DNA from: Lingula anatina
Taxonomy: Eukaryota > Animalia > Brachiopoda
Length of the DNA: 64,000 nucleotides
Assembly: GCA_051362555.1 (NCBI GenBank)
Contig: CM120640.1
Location: forward strand, 37,405,967-37,469,966
Reading direction: 5' to 3'
A program made the position numbers and the translations under genes. Every line of letters starts with the position of its first letter. Position 1 is the first letter of the stretch. Shown piece after piece: positions 12,629 to 25,841 of this stretch. The notes below the pieces were generated by a model. That model did no database searches. It was given only the letters and a program-made list of their open reading frames with translations, and was not told the origin of the DNA.

Positions 12629-15600
12629 GCATTTTCTCGTTTTGTCTCGGTTTGAAAATAAATGCCAAACAAATCTGTTGTCACATTTCTCTGCATGCAG
12701 CGTAATTTCCAATGGCTTGTAGGAGTCAATACGAAATTGTTTGCATTGATTGGTCAAGACGCTTAACATAGAAACATCTACAATGTACGTATTGCGCTTA
12801 AAGTTTTCAAATATCAAACAATTCTGTTTGATACAGATCGCCTTGGTATCATACAACTTTTTTAATTTGAAGCCACAGCAAATAAGAATTAGATTACTAC
12901 ATGTAAGACAAATTATCGTTTTTATGATCGTACTGTTTTTACTGACTGTAACCAATCGTAGCTAAAAAAAACCCCTCAAAACAAGGCAACAAATCAAGCA
13001 GAATGGCTTCCATTCTTTTTACACACTTATGTATACACATATATGCTAATGCACTTGCTGCCAATATTAATATGATCAATGGGTTGACGGAAAGACATCT
13101 CTAGCGGGCACTGCTGGGGAGTTTTTTCATTACACCTTATCACTCGTGGGTCAGGCGGGTTAACAGATATATTAAAGCAATGACTGATTGATGATTTGTT
13201 TCCGAAGGCAAGGTGTTGGATTTGAAATGGAAATGAACTTTTATTCCCCTTTTTGACCTTAGTTTCCTTTTTCTCCAGCAGACGGCGTGTTGTGAACCTA
13301 CGCTAATTTTGTGCGTGGAACTGACTGTTTTCTTGCGTTTTGAAAGTTTGTTAAGATAATACTCCGGTATAGAGTTATCGATTTTTACCAAAGTTTGTTG
13401 CTCTAACAGGAATAATTCTTATATTATTTTCACTTTTACAGACTAAAAAATGTCCAAAGGAAGACCTCGGTGCCCGAGTAGTTACTAGTAATCGTTTAAT
13501 GTTGACTATATCATTTACTTTCAATTCGTGTATTAAAAAAATATAAAACATTCCTTAGAAAACAGTGAAGCTATAACATTCACGCGAGAAAACTTTCGGG
13601 CGTAAAATAAGGCTGAAATTTTGATCAAGTGAGACATACAGTACTCTTACCTTGGTCTGTTACACTATTCTTCCTAACCAATGCTTTCAAATAAGCAAAC
13701 ATAGTTACCATTCAAACATTATAAGCAATTCATCATAGCAGTGTATCATAGAAACATCATAAACTATGACATACGATGCCATGTATTTAACAGTGATAGT
13801 GGAAACTGGGACAAGGTTCATTAAGTTATTTTACAGTACTTAACCCCGATCATCGAACGAACATCTGCAATTAAGATTTTAAAAACGTGTTGCGTCATTG
13901 CACTGAACTCAATATTGCCAGGTCAATACTCTCGTTTGTCATACTTCTCCTACTGTTTGCAGACAACAGAAATACTTTTGTTCTTTACAATAGGCACTTA
14001 TTTTCACAAGAGACAAGGATCAATGACTAGATGTCCAGTTATATGGTGTATGTATAACAGAGATTGATCGGTCAATGTGTGGAGGTCATATAGTTATACC
14101 CATCTCTCTCTCTCCCCCCCCCTCTCTCTTTCTCTCTCAGACACAAAAGGAGTTTTATTTCATGCCTTTCTGCTCGAAACTCACTGAAAAAATATGCCGG
14201 GTGTGGTAATTTTCATTTTTACAACAATTCGAATGATTTATTTCGTTCAGGAAAGCTTGTTGCGTAAGTAGGCATTTTTGTGTTAAAGAAAATTAAACCA
14301 TTCATATGAGTGATGCATTCATTGAAAGACTCCAAATTCTTTCTTTTTTATAAGTTGCCAAAATACAAACTAACTGCATAACGCATTGCCTGACTGGATC
14401 AATACAATCCACTTTAAGGTTTATTTTACACGTGCGTTAAAATCCTACACAGCATAATTACCACGTTTTATCAGTTTACAATAAGAATGATCTTCCAGGT
14501 TGTGATTCCAAATGCACAACTCTCTTTCCAGTCGATTGTGATAGATAAATGGATCGCGTGTCGTAAGATGGCCGGCGCCCTAAACTTGTTTGTGTTGTCT
14601 TTACAAAAAACAGCTTCAAAGACTTCCAAACAAAAGAGTCAGTGACGAAGTGAACATTTAAAAAAACGGCATTATGCCAGAAATATATACAGTCTGTATG
14701 AACCGTATCTCTGCGTAATGAGCAGCCACGGCAGCGTTGTAAGAGTAAATGAAAGAGTGAAATACATATGACAGATAAGTCAATTTTGTTTTTGTTTTTT
14801 TACTTCACTGAGTTTATGGTATCGAACCATCATCAAGTGTGGTTTTGTTGCATATCTTCAAAGTAGCGAAAATCATTAGTTTTTTAAATTAAATTCTATC
14901 CGGTGTGTCTTTGGTCACGTACTTTATAAATGGAACAAAATGCCATTGTTTTGTTTATACATGCATGTTTGTTTGATTATCTTTAAGGATAACAAATTCA
15001 AAATAATAATCAAGGATAACAAATTTCCCGATAGCAATGTCAGATTATCTCAGAATACCCTGAAGGTTAGGTATCACTTTGTAATAGGTTTTTGCTGGTG
15101 GCAATTTTGTCAGTATGGTCTCTAAGATGGAGATGTAAGTAGAATTGGAATCTACTAGTTTTGGGGACATGTGAGATCTCGGCTGCGGCCGCCATAAGTA
15201 AATAAGCAAGCACCAGTAGTTTGATACATTTAGAGATACAGTACATATAGTATATGTATGTTAGTGAGAGCCATGCTTGTACCAACGCATCAGGTTTTGG
15301 TGAAAGTTTCATTGGTGCCATTGGTAATCTACCGTAACAGTGTAGAGTGTGATTTATCACTCTTTAATTTCACTTTTGGCAATTGACATTTAAGTGTGAA
15401 ATAAATGAAGTGCTTTTTATTTGAAAATGCATTTTGAGCTACAAATAGCAACGCCATCCCGCTAGAATCTATTAAATGGGGGAAAGGATACTTTGAAATG
15501 AATTACACAAGTCTCTTTTAAGAGTTCTTTGAAAATGGGCAATTCAAAATATACCAAGGTATTTAGTTTGCATAACTGCGGTTTGCTTGAACACTGTTCG

Positions 15601-18127
15601 CAGTAAATGCCAAACTCGTTTGAATTGTAGACTTACAAATGGATGTCATTTTTGTGAACGAATAACAGTTTATTCTGATCCCCTTCATTAATTGCCTTCT
15701 TAATTACAAACAAAGTGTTCTTCAGGTGATGCTGGAACCATACGCCCGTGCTTATTACTATGGCAATGAAAGGGTCAGCACCAGATATGGCGATCAACCC
15801 ATCACTGAAAACTGCTCCTTTGAGGACATCAAAGGGGAATACGAGGACGATGTTCAAGGTGAGAGAAAATAAATTCTATTTATTTTTCGATTGCATTTAT
15901 TTAATCGACATAAAAGGCGCAGTCAATCTTCATGGCATTGCGTGTTAAAAACGGAAATAATTCAATAAGGTGCCCTGTGCCGTTGATCGCAGCAGGTACG
16001 CGTTAAGAACTAGGCACCCGGACGGCACATTTATATTGCTTTATTCATGATAAACAAGGGCGATTTACTTTTCGGTCAAAGAATATTGCACTTTACATTG
16101 CGTTGGCATTTGGTTCATTCCGATGAACCGACAAGAGTTAAAATAAATAAATTTGGTTCAACCTGTAAATTGTTCTTTTCCCATGCACCAATTTATATCG
16201 TAATTTCGTTGTCCAGACCCTATTATTTGATCCTAACATTCATACACTGACCTATCCACTTAAAACAAATTAAAGTCACCATTTGTGCGGACACAATATT
16301 CTTAAAACAGTTTCACATGAATTATTTAAAGTGAATGGCGTTAACCACGAAGCATTCATATTTCCAGACATGGAAGCCGTGTTCGCCAAAGACATGGCTT
16401 ACTACTTGACAAACAACCTGGAATCGGTGGCCTGTTTGCCCAACGGCTATTTGCACACTTTTATGATCCGCGACCCGAGGAAATCCATCAAATCTCTGTA
16501 CCGAATGTCCATTAAGAAGGAATTAACAGGTGCGTATTGGACCTAATTTTGCCATTAATATGTACCACACAGGACATTCACCGGTAGACTGGTTTATAAA
16601 TCGACAGTTATATTTGGTAACGCCTACAAATGGCGCTGGGAATGGAGCTTCATGATGATGTCTAAGCGTGCTGTCGTTGAGGTACCCACTGATTAAGTCT
16701 TACGTGAGTGAACAACAAATGGGACCCAAATAACGCTTTGAGAAAATGCACTGTATTACGAGTGAAATTAATCATGGCTTGACTTAATGTTTTGGATAAG
16801 CAAAGCTCGCGTTTTTTTGTTGAACATTCTTGTAATGTTGTACTTTACCGATAGACGTTGAAAGGCACCAATGGTTGATAAGTCTCCTCTATTGGGCGTG
16901 TCTGTTTTATCCACAAATGGAGTATCTTTAGATAATCAGCCAGATAACATGACGCATGGGCTTGTTTTCAATTAAAAAATAATATGCCTTCCTTTTGGTA
17001 TTCCAATTCAACAATGCCATTCCCTTTAAAGTGACAGATAGTCTGCTTAATACTCAACTCGTGTTATATGCAGATACATGTATTACTTTTGATATCTATG
17101 TATTTCTTTTATATGTACTAACGAATGATAAACCAATTCTTATCTAATAGGTTGGGATTCATTTGACCCGTCCGAAGCAGGGTTTGTAGAGCTTTTCAAG
17201 CTTTATCAACTAGCAGTCAATGAGCTGGGACAGGAACCCATCATTGTTGATGCAGACGATCTCATTCAGCACCCAGGTGTGTGTGCATTCTCTTTGGCCA
17301 ATCGTAAAACTTTTGGCATGTCGTAAATATGCGTGGATATAAGCAACAAAATTGTCCTGATAAATGATTCTCCATATTGTAATTATACATGTAGCTTCAT
17401 ACATCAACAGAAACAGACATTGTGTTCATAAGAAATGAAAGTGAAAATGAATTCCTAAAATACATGAATATAACGGGGTGATAATAGGCAACTTACTTCC
17501 AATATCAATTTCTCAAAAAGGTGTTTAGAAATATACAAGTATTATACAAAATGCAAGCATCACTGATTCGGAGATGCACATTTTTTGTGGAATGATAATC
17601 AGTTTTTCCATAAAAAGAAACAGGTGAAACTCTGAAATTCTTTAGACAATTATATTTCTGCTTAAGCGACTCGGTAACATGCAACAAAGAAAAGACCATA
17701 CCGAACAATTCTAAAAATGATGTGTACACTTAGAAACATAGAAATGGTCGCGCATTAAGTTAAAGATCTTGAAATCAATCCAACTTGCACTATGTGCGAC
17801 AAGTCATTGCTCTTTCAAACCACGCTTTAAGTATTTTTTACAATTCCAGAGGGCATACTGAAAGCATATTGTGCTAAAACGGGCATCGAGTTCGACCCCA
17901 TGATGCTTAACTGGGAACACAATAAGCCGGACATGGAAATCTTCAAGGAGTGGTTGCCATGGTTCGAGAACGCTATGACTTCCAAATCTTTTCAGTCTTC
18001 GGGGCCATCTGCTAAGCGCCCGCGAAAGGCTGACCAAGACGAGCTTCCCTCTGAGGTCAAGGCGTGTATTGAAGACTGCATGCCCTACTACAAGAAGATG
18101 TTTGCCAAACGGTTGCATCCATTGTAG
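10437..18127 (+). CDS. P-loop sulfotransferase-like protein (family usually annotated 'branched-chain-amino-acid aminotransferase-like', sulfotransferase domain only), 289 aa, 6 exons
   Basis: Exons 10437-10458, 11528-11676, 15726-15858, 16368-16529, 17151-17276, 17850-18127; all GT-AG, phases consistent, 870 nt. Motifs LWAVPRSISTAF (5'-PSB loop), EPY, FAKDMAYY, HTFMIRDP (3'-PB), IVDADDL, MLNW. Exon 1 is the least certain. Confidence 0.88.
12569..12626. repeat. (TA)n microsatellite
   Basis: About 28 TA units. Confidence 0.97.
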
Positions 18128-21087
18128 AAATAATTAAACAAGACCGCGTCCTTTAGTTACTAGTTTGTGACCATTAGGGTCATAGCATTGGTCAATAGGA
18201 CGCAGTCATTATGCCCCATACTACATAACTACTTTGTGTCTGGACGGAGCAGCTACTAGTAGACTTAATAGACGGCTTTTTGTAACTTCTTCATTTTTAA
18301 CTGGAGGGTTCTAGTACTGGTGGTATGTAGTGTTCTTATCCCACGGATAAGGGTAACGGTGTTATTTTGCACATTCCAGAAACATATGTGGTTACCAAAT
18401 AATCTTACATCTTCCGCAGAGATCTCTCAGTTATATTTAAATATTTAAAAATCCTTTTCTGAAATTAGCAAAAATACATATGTAGATATCCACATGGAAA
18501 AAGGAAAGCACACTTTCAAAATCGACATTGAAAATGGATAAAATGGAAAATAATCAACAGGACACTATACAACAGAAATCAAGGAGAGCTACACATTAAT
18601 CCCGTTGGAAAAGTGCTCTTTATATATACTCCCAAGAGGAAATGAGTGGAAAAGAAATACCTGTCAAATAACACATTTATCTGATTTTTATTTGTGACAA
18701 GTTCTGGATTCACTTCTTGAGTTGCAATCTGAATTCCAAGGCGCCTGCGATCGCACATATCTGATTACCATGTTTCATGTTTTAATTTTGCATTCCTCTA
18801 TAAACGACTGAAGTTTCAACCCCTCTCGTTATCTACGGCCCCACGACTTTTCATGACAATGGCCCTTACCAAAGCTTTTCTTTAACAGTTCCTGTAATAA
18901 CGCAGTCGGTCTTCATCACGTCTTTTGTCAAAAAATCTGATCACTTATCTGCATCCTATCAACCATTAATCTACTTGGGGAATTTTTTAAAGACACTAAT
19001 AATTATATCATCACTAATTTCGAAATGCATTTATCGCGATTATTGATTTTTAATCTCGTTCAACATTCATCTATTTTGATTTTGACAAACAGGAAGCTGT
19101 CATTGTGCCTTAGTTGTAGATTTAAGCTCGTGTTCGCAATGATCATTGATTTATATTTTACTTGAACAGTTAATGTCAAACAACTGGCGCATTCAACATT
19201 ATTAAACGAAGTCTTGCATTGCGTGATCTCATTCCTAGGATGAAATGTCAAATTTCAATTAAACCGTTGGATGCGATACATGTACATTTGACAGATATGC
19301 TTTTGATTCTGTTCAGATGAATGTGGCTTTTGAAAATAACAGTCAGCAGTAAGGAAGAGCTCTGCTAGTACTACTGATAAATGTTACAAATATCATTTCA
19401 AGGAAGGAAAGGAAAAACTATGTTAGTGATAGGGTTTACACTTTGTAGTGAGTAGCAGTAGAAATAAAAAATAAATGCTTTAGTAACAGAAGTAGCGTAA
19501 ATAATGAAATTAGAAATGGACTTAGATATATACAAGAGGAAAAGGAAGGATCTGAACAGTACGTCATTTTGAAGCTTATTACAATTAAAAATACTCATTA
19601 TTGACTTGGAAGTACATATTTGGGGGCGGGATCATATAGTCATTCTACCCCTTCAATTTCAGCAATAGTGATAGGTATTTGTAAATAAAAAATATTCCAT
19701 GGGTAGGCCCTATATTTAAACCAAGTCAACGTAATTTAAATGTTTGCATCCATAGGACTATCTCAGCAAGACTAATATTAGACTGGCAAAATCGTTTTTG
19801 ATAAACCACTGAGCCTGGACTCACTGGATCTGTATACTGTAGCTGATTTATAGGCCTACCTATATATATATATATATATATATGCACCATACATGTATAT
19901 AAGATAATAAGCCGGTACTTGTTCGATATGCTGCGTTTCCTGGTACTTTACGGTATCAAACTGTAATAAATATAATACAAACTACAATTTTATGTGGCTT
20001 ACACTCCATATGTTAAGAAAATGAACTAGGCAATAAATGTTATGATTAAGTAGTCTTGTTCTCTTATTGGTTCCTACCGGTACTGCAGAGTGCATAAACC
20101 CAGTGAAGCAAAGAGAGCAATCAGTTTATCAATAAGCATTAATGAAGCTGTGATGAATGGAAACAGCACCAGCATATGAATGGGTTAACTGAAGAGTCCA
20201 CTGCAAACTACGTAGGCCTACGATTGGCAAGTTTGCCATAAACCAACCGAAAGATAGCCCACAGAGACCGAATTTTAGATTCAAATTGATTTTTGAAGAC
20301 GTGCCTAAAAAACTTTTTCTTTGAAAGTTAAGAGTGTCGTTCTTGCAGCCACCATACTATAAGAGTAAGACTGAATGTTATTTTTTTCGCTGAATAACCT
20401 ACTCGTTTAGAGTAATATGGAGGCCTATCTACTGCAACAGAGCCAAATAAACTTCCTCCTGAACACCTTGGGCAATTTTTTTAATTCAAAATCAACACAA
20501 ATGACCTTAAAATTACACAGTCGGCTCAGAACCAAGAGCAATCTGGCTTACCTAAAGAAACGATTTCTAAAATAAATGTACCGCTACATGCAGCTGGGCG
20601 CTTGTCGGTGCGTTGGAAGGGTAGGCCCCATTTAAACCTGTCCCTAGGGTCATATAAATCTATGATAGCCGGAATGACAAAGATTTGCCATTAATACATA
20701 TGTTAAATGCAAGTGTCTCATTTTGCATGAAAAGCCTTTATTTGGGATGAATTGAATTATGCCATGGAGGTCCCCTTTGATTCTTTGACGGAGGCAGAAA
20801 TATTATACATGTAGGTAGAGCCTTATGGGATAGGCTTAGAAAACGCTTTAAGGCCTACTACAGTATGAAGGCCAGTATGTAGGCCTACATGTATGTACAC
20901 CCTTCAAGGTTAAAAAAATAGATAAATGTATACATTGATTAATCAATGAATTAAATTACATGGAACTTTCAGCTATGTACTGGATAAAGATATAATTGAT
21001 GATATAATATTTTGGATAAAGGGCGCACAAAGTTTTTTTTAACAACTTAAAACAGTCTGAGAAAATCTTACAGCCGAAAAACGACGT

Positions 21088-21130
21088 TGCGCATGCGTAT
21101 GACCTACCAGATGAATGAAAACAGGAAGTG
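21088..21130 (+). promoter_or_regulatory. Housekeeping-type promoter motifs of ISPD (NRF1-like and ETS-like)
   Basis: TGCGCATGCG at 21088-21097 and ACAGGAAGTG at 21121-21130, about 100 bp upstream of the ATG. Confidence 0.55.
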
Positions 21131-21210
21131 AAACTTATGAGACATCACAATGAAAATGCAGTGTGTTTGGAGTGAAAGTAAAAGATTGGAAGGGGTGTAG
21201 GACTTGCAGG

Positions 21211-24200
21211 ATGGCAGATTCCCCCGATTATCTAGTTTGTGCGGTTTTACCCGCCGGCGGTTGCGGGGAACGAACTGGAATGAAGACTCCGAAGCAATAC
21301 TGTCAAGTCTTGAGCAGGCCTCTAGTGGCATACACTTTACAGGCATTCGAAAGGTTGGTGTTGTTTTGATTCCTGGTCGATCTGCACTGGGTTTATCAGA
21401 TCAGATCTACTCAAAGCATTGCCGCGTCTTTTAGATTCCATGTCAGCCCTGTAATTACGTTAAACGATGTGCATTTCAGGGTGCCATGGATAAAGCATAT
21501 AGTGATCACAATCCACAATGATTACAAAGATTTACTACTGGATGTGATATCTACACACAATCTGAAGAAGATACACATTGTGGGAGCAGGCCCCACCAGA
21601 CATAGGTCCATATGGGAGGGAATCAAGAGTTTAGGGAAAGGTAAAACCTTGAAAAGAAAGAAGATTGGCCAGGGTCAGGAGAATGGTTAACTGTGTGTGT
21701 GTGTGTGTGTGTGTTTTTTTTTTTTGTTTTTTTTTTGGGGGGGGGGGGGGGTAGATGATTTCAGGGATGATAAGAATGAGGAAGTCCTATGGACAGATGT
21801 TGAAACACTGTCATATATCTAGAGGTAGCTAATCCTTATAGTGGAAGTATTTGCTTCTCATATTGTTTATTTCATGTTTCCAGTTTGCCCAGTCCCAGAA
21901 GTGGTCATCATCCATGATGCAGTGCGCCCATTTGTTGAAAGTGACATCTTGTGGAAAATCGTGGAGGCAGCTAGAGAGTGTGGGGTAAACTGAACATCCT
22001 CAGTTCAAATAACTTTGTTGCATTCTCTGTTTGTAATTTATATATGTGTACAGGTATGTATGTTTGCACTATAGTACATTATGTAAGCACACATACATGT
22101 ACTAGTAGATTGAAATTCAAGAACTGTCACTGCAATTTTTTCTGTGTTTCTTCTGTGTAACTGCAAACATTTATGACACACTTCTAAAAGTTGGATTAAG
22201 CACCTCATTTAAGTTTTTTTAGCAAACTAGATAGATAAACAATGTTACAGTCATGTTATTTTCTCCCTTCTTTAGGCCGCTGGTGCTATCCGTCCCCTAG
22301 TGTCCACCATCCTGGCTGTTGATGGTGATGGTTTTCTTGACCATTCCCTGGACAGGTCTAAATATAGGGCCAGTGAGATGCCACAGGCTTTTCATTATAA
22401 TATCATCAAGACAGCCTATGAAAAGGTATGTCAGTTAAGGAAAAAATGGGTTAATGAATTGTTCAATAATTTAGGAAAACAATGGCTTACATTTTAAAAT
22501 GTTGATAATTAAAAGTATAACCTAAATAATCAGAACAAACTAAATCAGCATACATGTATCTATTAAATATTTTCTCTCTCTTTTTAGTCTCTCTTTGTGT
22601 TGTAGTTTTTTACAGGTCTGAATTAAACTAAACCAGTTTAATATATAATATTATGCTACCAAATGTTGGTAATCATTATAGAAGTGTTAATATTCATGCC
22701 TTTTTACACACAAGAAGTTAAATTCCGTCTCTTCATCAGATCAACAACCATACCAGGAGTTAGTTGGTTTTGCCTATGACACAGAGGGACTACCTTGGGA
22801 TTGCACCACACTCATTTTCTTTTAAAAAACACTTTGAACAATGCATCTTCTTTATCTTAGATATATTCTTTTCAAGAAGAGTCTATTGTGTGAAAACAAC
22901 AGTAGAGGACTGTATCCAGTAGTATATGATATCAAAGCTCTGTGGAAATAAACACCCATGCAGCTACTCTTAAAAGTTGTTTGATTTATGTTCCAGTGCA
23001 CTGACTATGACTTTGACTATGGCACAGAATGTCTTCATCTAGCTCAGAGGTATGGTGGGGCCAAGGTGAGGCTAATTGATGGACCAGATTCCCTGTGGAA
23101 AGTCACCCTCAAGAAAGATTTGGCTGCAGCAGAAGATACCATAAAAGGTCTATGCAGATTCGATAGAGTAATGATTTACATTGTTTGTGATAAATTCTCC
23201 TTTTTTGGGGGGTGAAATTAATGAGCATACTTGGTGTTTGCATTTTGAATTTCTTTAATTTTCAGTCAGAAAAGTATTTCAAGAGATGCTCTGTTTTAAT
23301 ATCATTGATCACTAATGGAAACTGTTTTTGTGTTCAGGAAGTATTTATCATTGAATGACAGATCAATAATCTTTAAAACAAATTTACAAAAGGTTGGTAA
23401 TAGTGACTGTTTGGACCAGTGGATGTAGTGAATCTCAGTCCAGTGAAAGTGCTGACCACTGATATGAACTATTTTAAGAAGATAGATAAATGGGGAAAGT
23501 AATCATTTGTATCCTATCAATTGTGATTCTGTAAACTTTACTTACTGAAAGGTTGTTTTTAAATTTCAGATTGGAAGAAGAATGTTGTTTTGGTCAACTG
23601 CCCTGAGAAAATACAATCTGAAGTGAGCAGAGCATTTGAACTACAGAATTTTAAACTACATGTGGGTTCTGGTATTCACACAAACACACAGGTGTTTTTA
23701 CTGTCAAGCTCTACCGTACCTTACACACGTAAACAGGAACTCCAGACAACAGATGCGCATATATTTCAAACACTGTCAGTAATTTTCGTCAGCCAGCTGA
23801 TATTTTTTATGCCCCATCTCTACCAAATAATGCCTCATTACAAAAACTGAAAATGCAAATCTTTGGTCATGAAATCTGTGAATGTGTAAGATGTCAGTGT
23901 TACTTCCTTCATTTTTTACAAATATGAAAATAATTGCTAGAACTTGGTTGAAGATGATTTTATTCATAAATTAAAATTATGATATTTCAGATAACTACTT
24001 ATGGTGCTATGGGTCCTTCCAGTGCAAACCATTATATCATTTTCCATACCATATACAACCAACAGTCCATATTGCAAATGAGTAAGGACTTCCTTAATAA
24101 CTATGCAGGGACAGCTGTAGTGACCACTGTCCTTCATGTGGTCACTACTTGTCAACTAGGACCAGAAGACTTAGATTATTTCAAAGTGCAAGCGTGTATT

Positions 24201-24699
24201 CAAAGGTTACAGGAGAATGTTGCTGATGATGTTTGTGTTGCCTTGTTGTTTGATATGGTAAGTAATCGCAGCCCTGACAAGGCACACATAGATAATATTA
24301 CTATAATACAAAATAAATTTACATTCAGGAAATCCCAGTGATAAAGAATAATTGATTGCAGAGCTTCTTAAGTGAACTTTGTTTAGAAAGAAATAATATT
24401 TTTACAAGCAAAAGTATCTTTTTTTCCCCAAAAAATATATGTCAAAAGTTCAAGAGTGAAAAACAAAAGAAAAACTCACACACAAAAAAACTAGCGCTAC
24501 CTCAAAACTATACTGTATTGACTAAAATTCAGTTTAACCAGAAAACTAAGAAATACCTTTGAGTGAAGTAATTTATGTGTTTTGCGACTTTTTCTAGACT
24601 AACTCGCCAAAGAAGTTAATTGAGCTGTTACTTACTCTAGTCAGGAGCCAGAACCCCATCTTGGGAGGACAGATTTACACCATCTTAGCTGACAGCTGA
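21211..24699 (+). CDS. CRPPA: D-ribitol-5-phosphate cytidylyltransferase (ISPD/CRPPA), 398 aa, 8 exons
   Basis: Exons 21211-21353, 21480-21640, 21884-21984, 22276-22425, 22997-23147, 23570-23691, 23991-24257, 24598-24699; phases consistent, 1197 nt. Motifs [65 protein letters not shown] at 25255-25260. Confidence 0.95.
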
Positions 24700-25841
24700 C
24701 ACAAAGCCCTGAATTTAGATGGAAACGTGTATTGGCAGAGTTATACCAAACTAAATATGAGACTCACTTATACCAGTTATACCAGACTTAGCCTCACTTG
24801 TCTAGATGAGAAATTAAGGACTTGTAATGCAGGGTTCAGATATGATACCAGAAATGGCTGAATATTATCAAAAACTATTTTAGACTGTCTGTTGAAACTA
24901 TATGTGTTTGAAAAAGTCAGTGCATTAATACTTTGACCCATTTTTGTACTGTGAACTATGTATTATACTCGTGAATCTCATACATTTGTTATTTACTAAG
25001 CAAATCATATATTTTATTATTTGGATTGAGATTTATGTACAAATGTAAGTGGAGGATTTGGCATTTTTGAAAAGAGGTCAACAGTGACAAGATGAAGGTC
25101 ACATGTTTTTGGGCAATCTCAAGTATCTCGTGTCAAATTGAAATGTGTCAGCTCTTCCAGCGGGCCTGGGAATGGACCCTTTTTTAGGTTCCATCTTCAA
25201 GTAGTTAAGTCAATTATGGACCAATATTTTTAAGATATACATTTTTTGTTTCAGAATAAAAACATTTCATGTTTTGTTTTGCATAGTTCATTGATTTAGG
25301 TAAAAATTAAAGAAAGATCTTGTAAATGATTGTTCTAGAATAGAGAGATTGTAATAAAGGAAATCTCCACAAAGCATAAAAATCATTTTTCCTTTTTAGG
25401 GGTTCAATTGCAAGCAATTCTACTTTACTTAAACTCCAGAAATAAATATATGGCTGTAAAATATTTTGTCCTTTGAAAAAAATTATTAGCTTAAAATATT
25501 GTGAATATTTAAAAGAACTGAACAAACAACATTTCACTACTAGTAAAGTTTTTTTACTGCAGGTATCTGCTACTTTTTAATAGTTTTTAAAACATCAAGA
25601 TTGTTGACCATGTATATGGGCATATTTTTTAAAAATGTAGAAATGGTGAATAATATAAATGTTTCTCAGAACAGCTAGGACAAATTTTTAATAATTTATT
25701 AGTAAAAAAAACTATAGTGAGAAATCCTATACAGTATATAACACTTATGAACGGTGGACCCTTGATCACATAATTAGGCACCTCCAATGTATTTCCAGAT
25801 ATAATCATGTGGGCACAGCCTGGTACTTGCCTACAAACCCA

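Noticed and set aside
12463-12965. ORFs with IYIYIY runs (also 59557-59931)
   Set aside because: Translations of (TA)n microsatellites.
20186-20780. Possible second Kolobok-like MITE
   Set aside because: One end (GCCATGGAGGTCCCCTTTGA) looks TIR-like, but the other matches poorly and there is no TSD.
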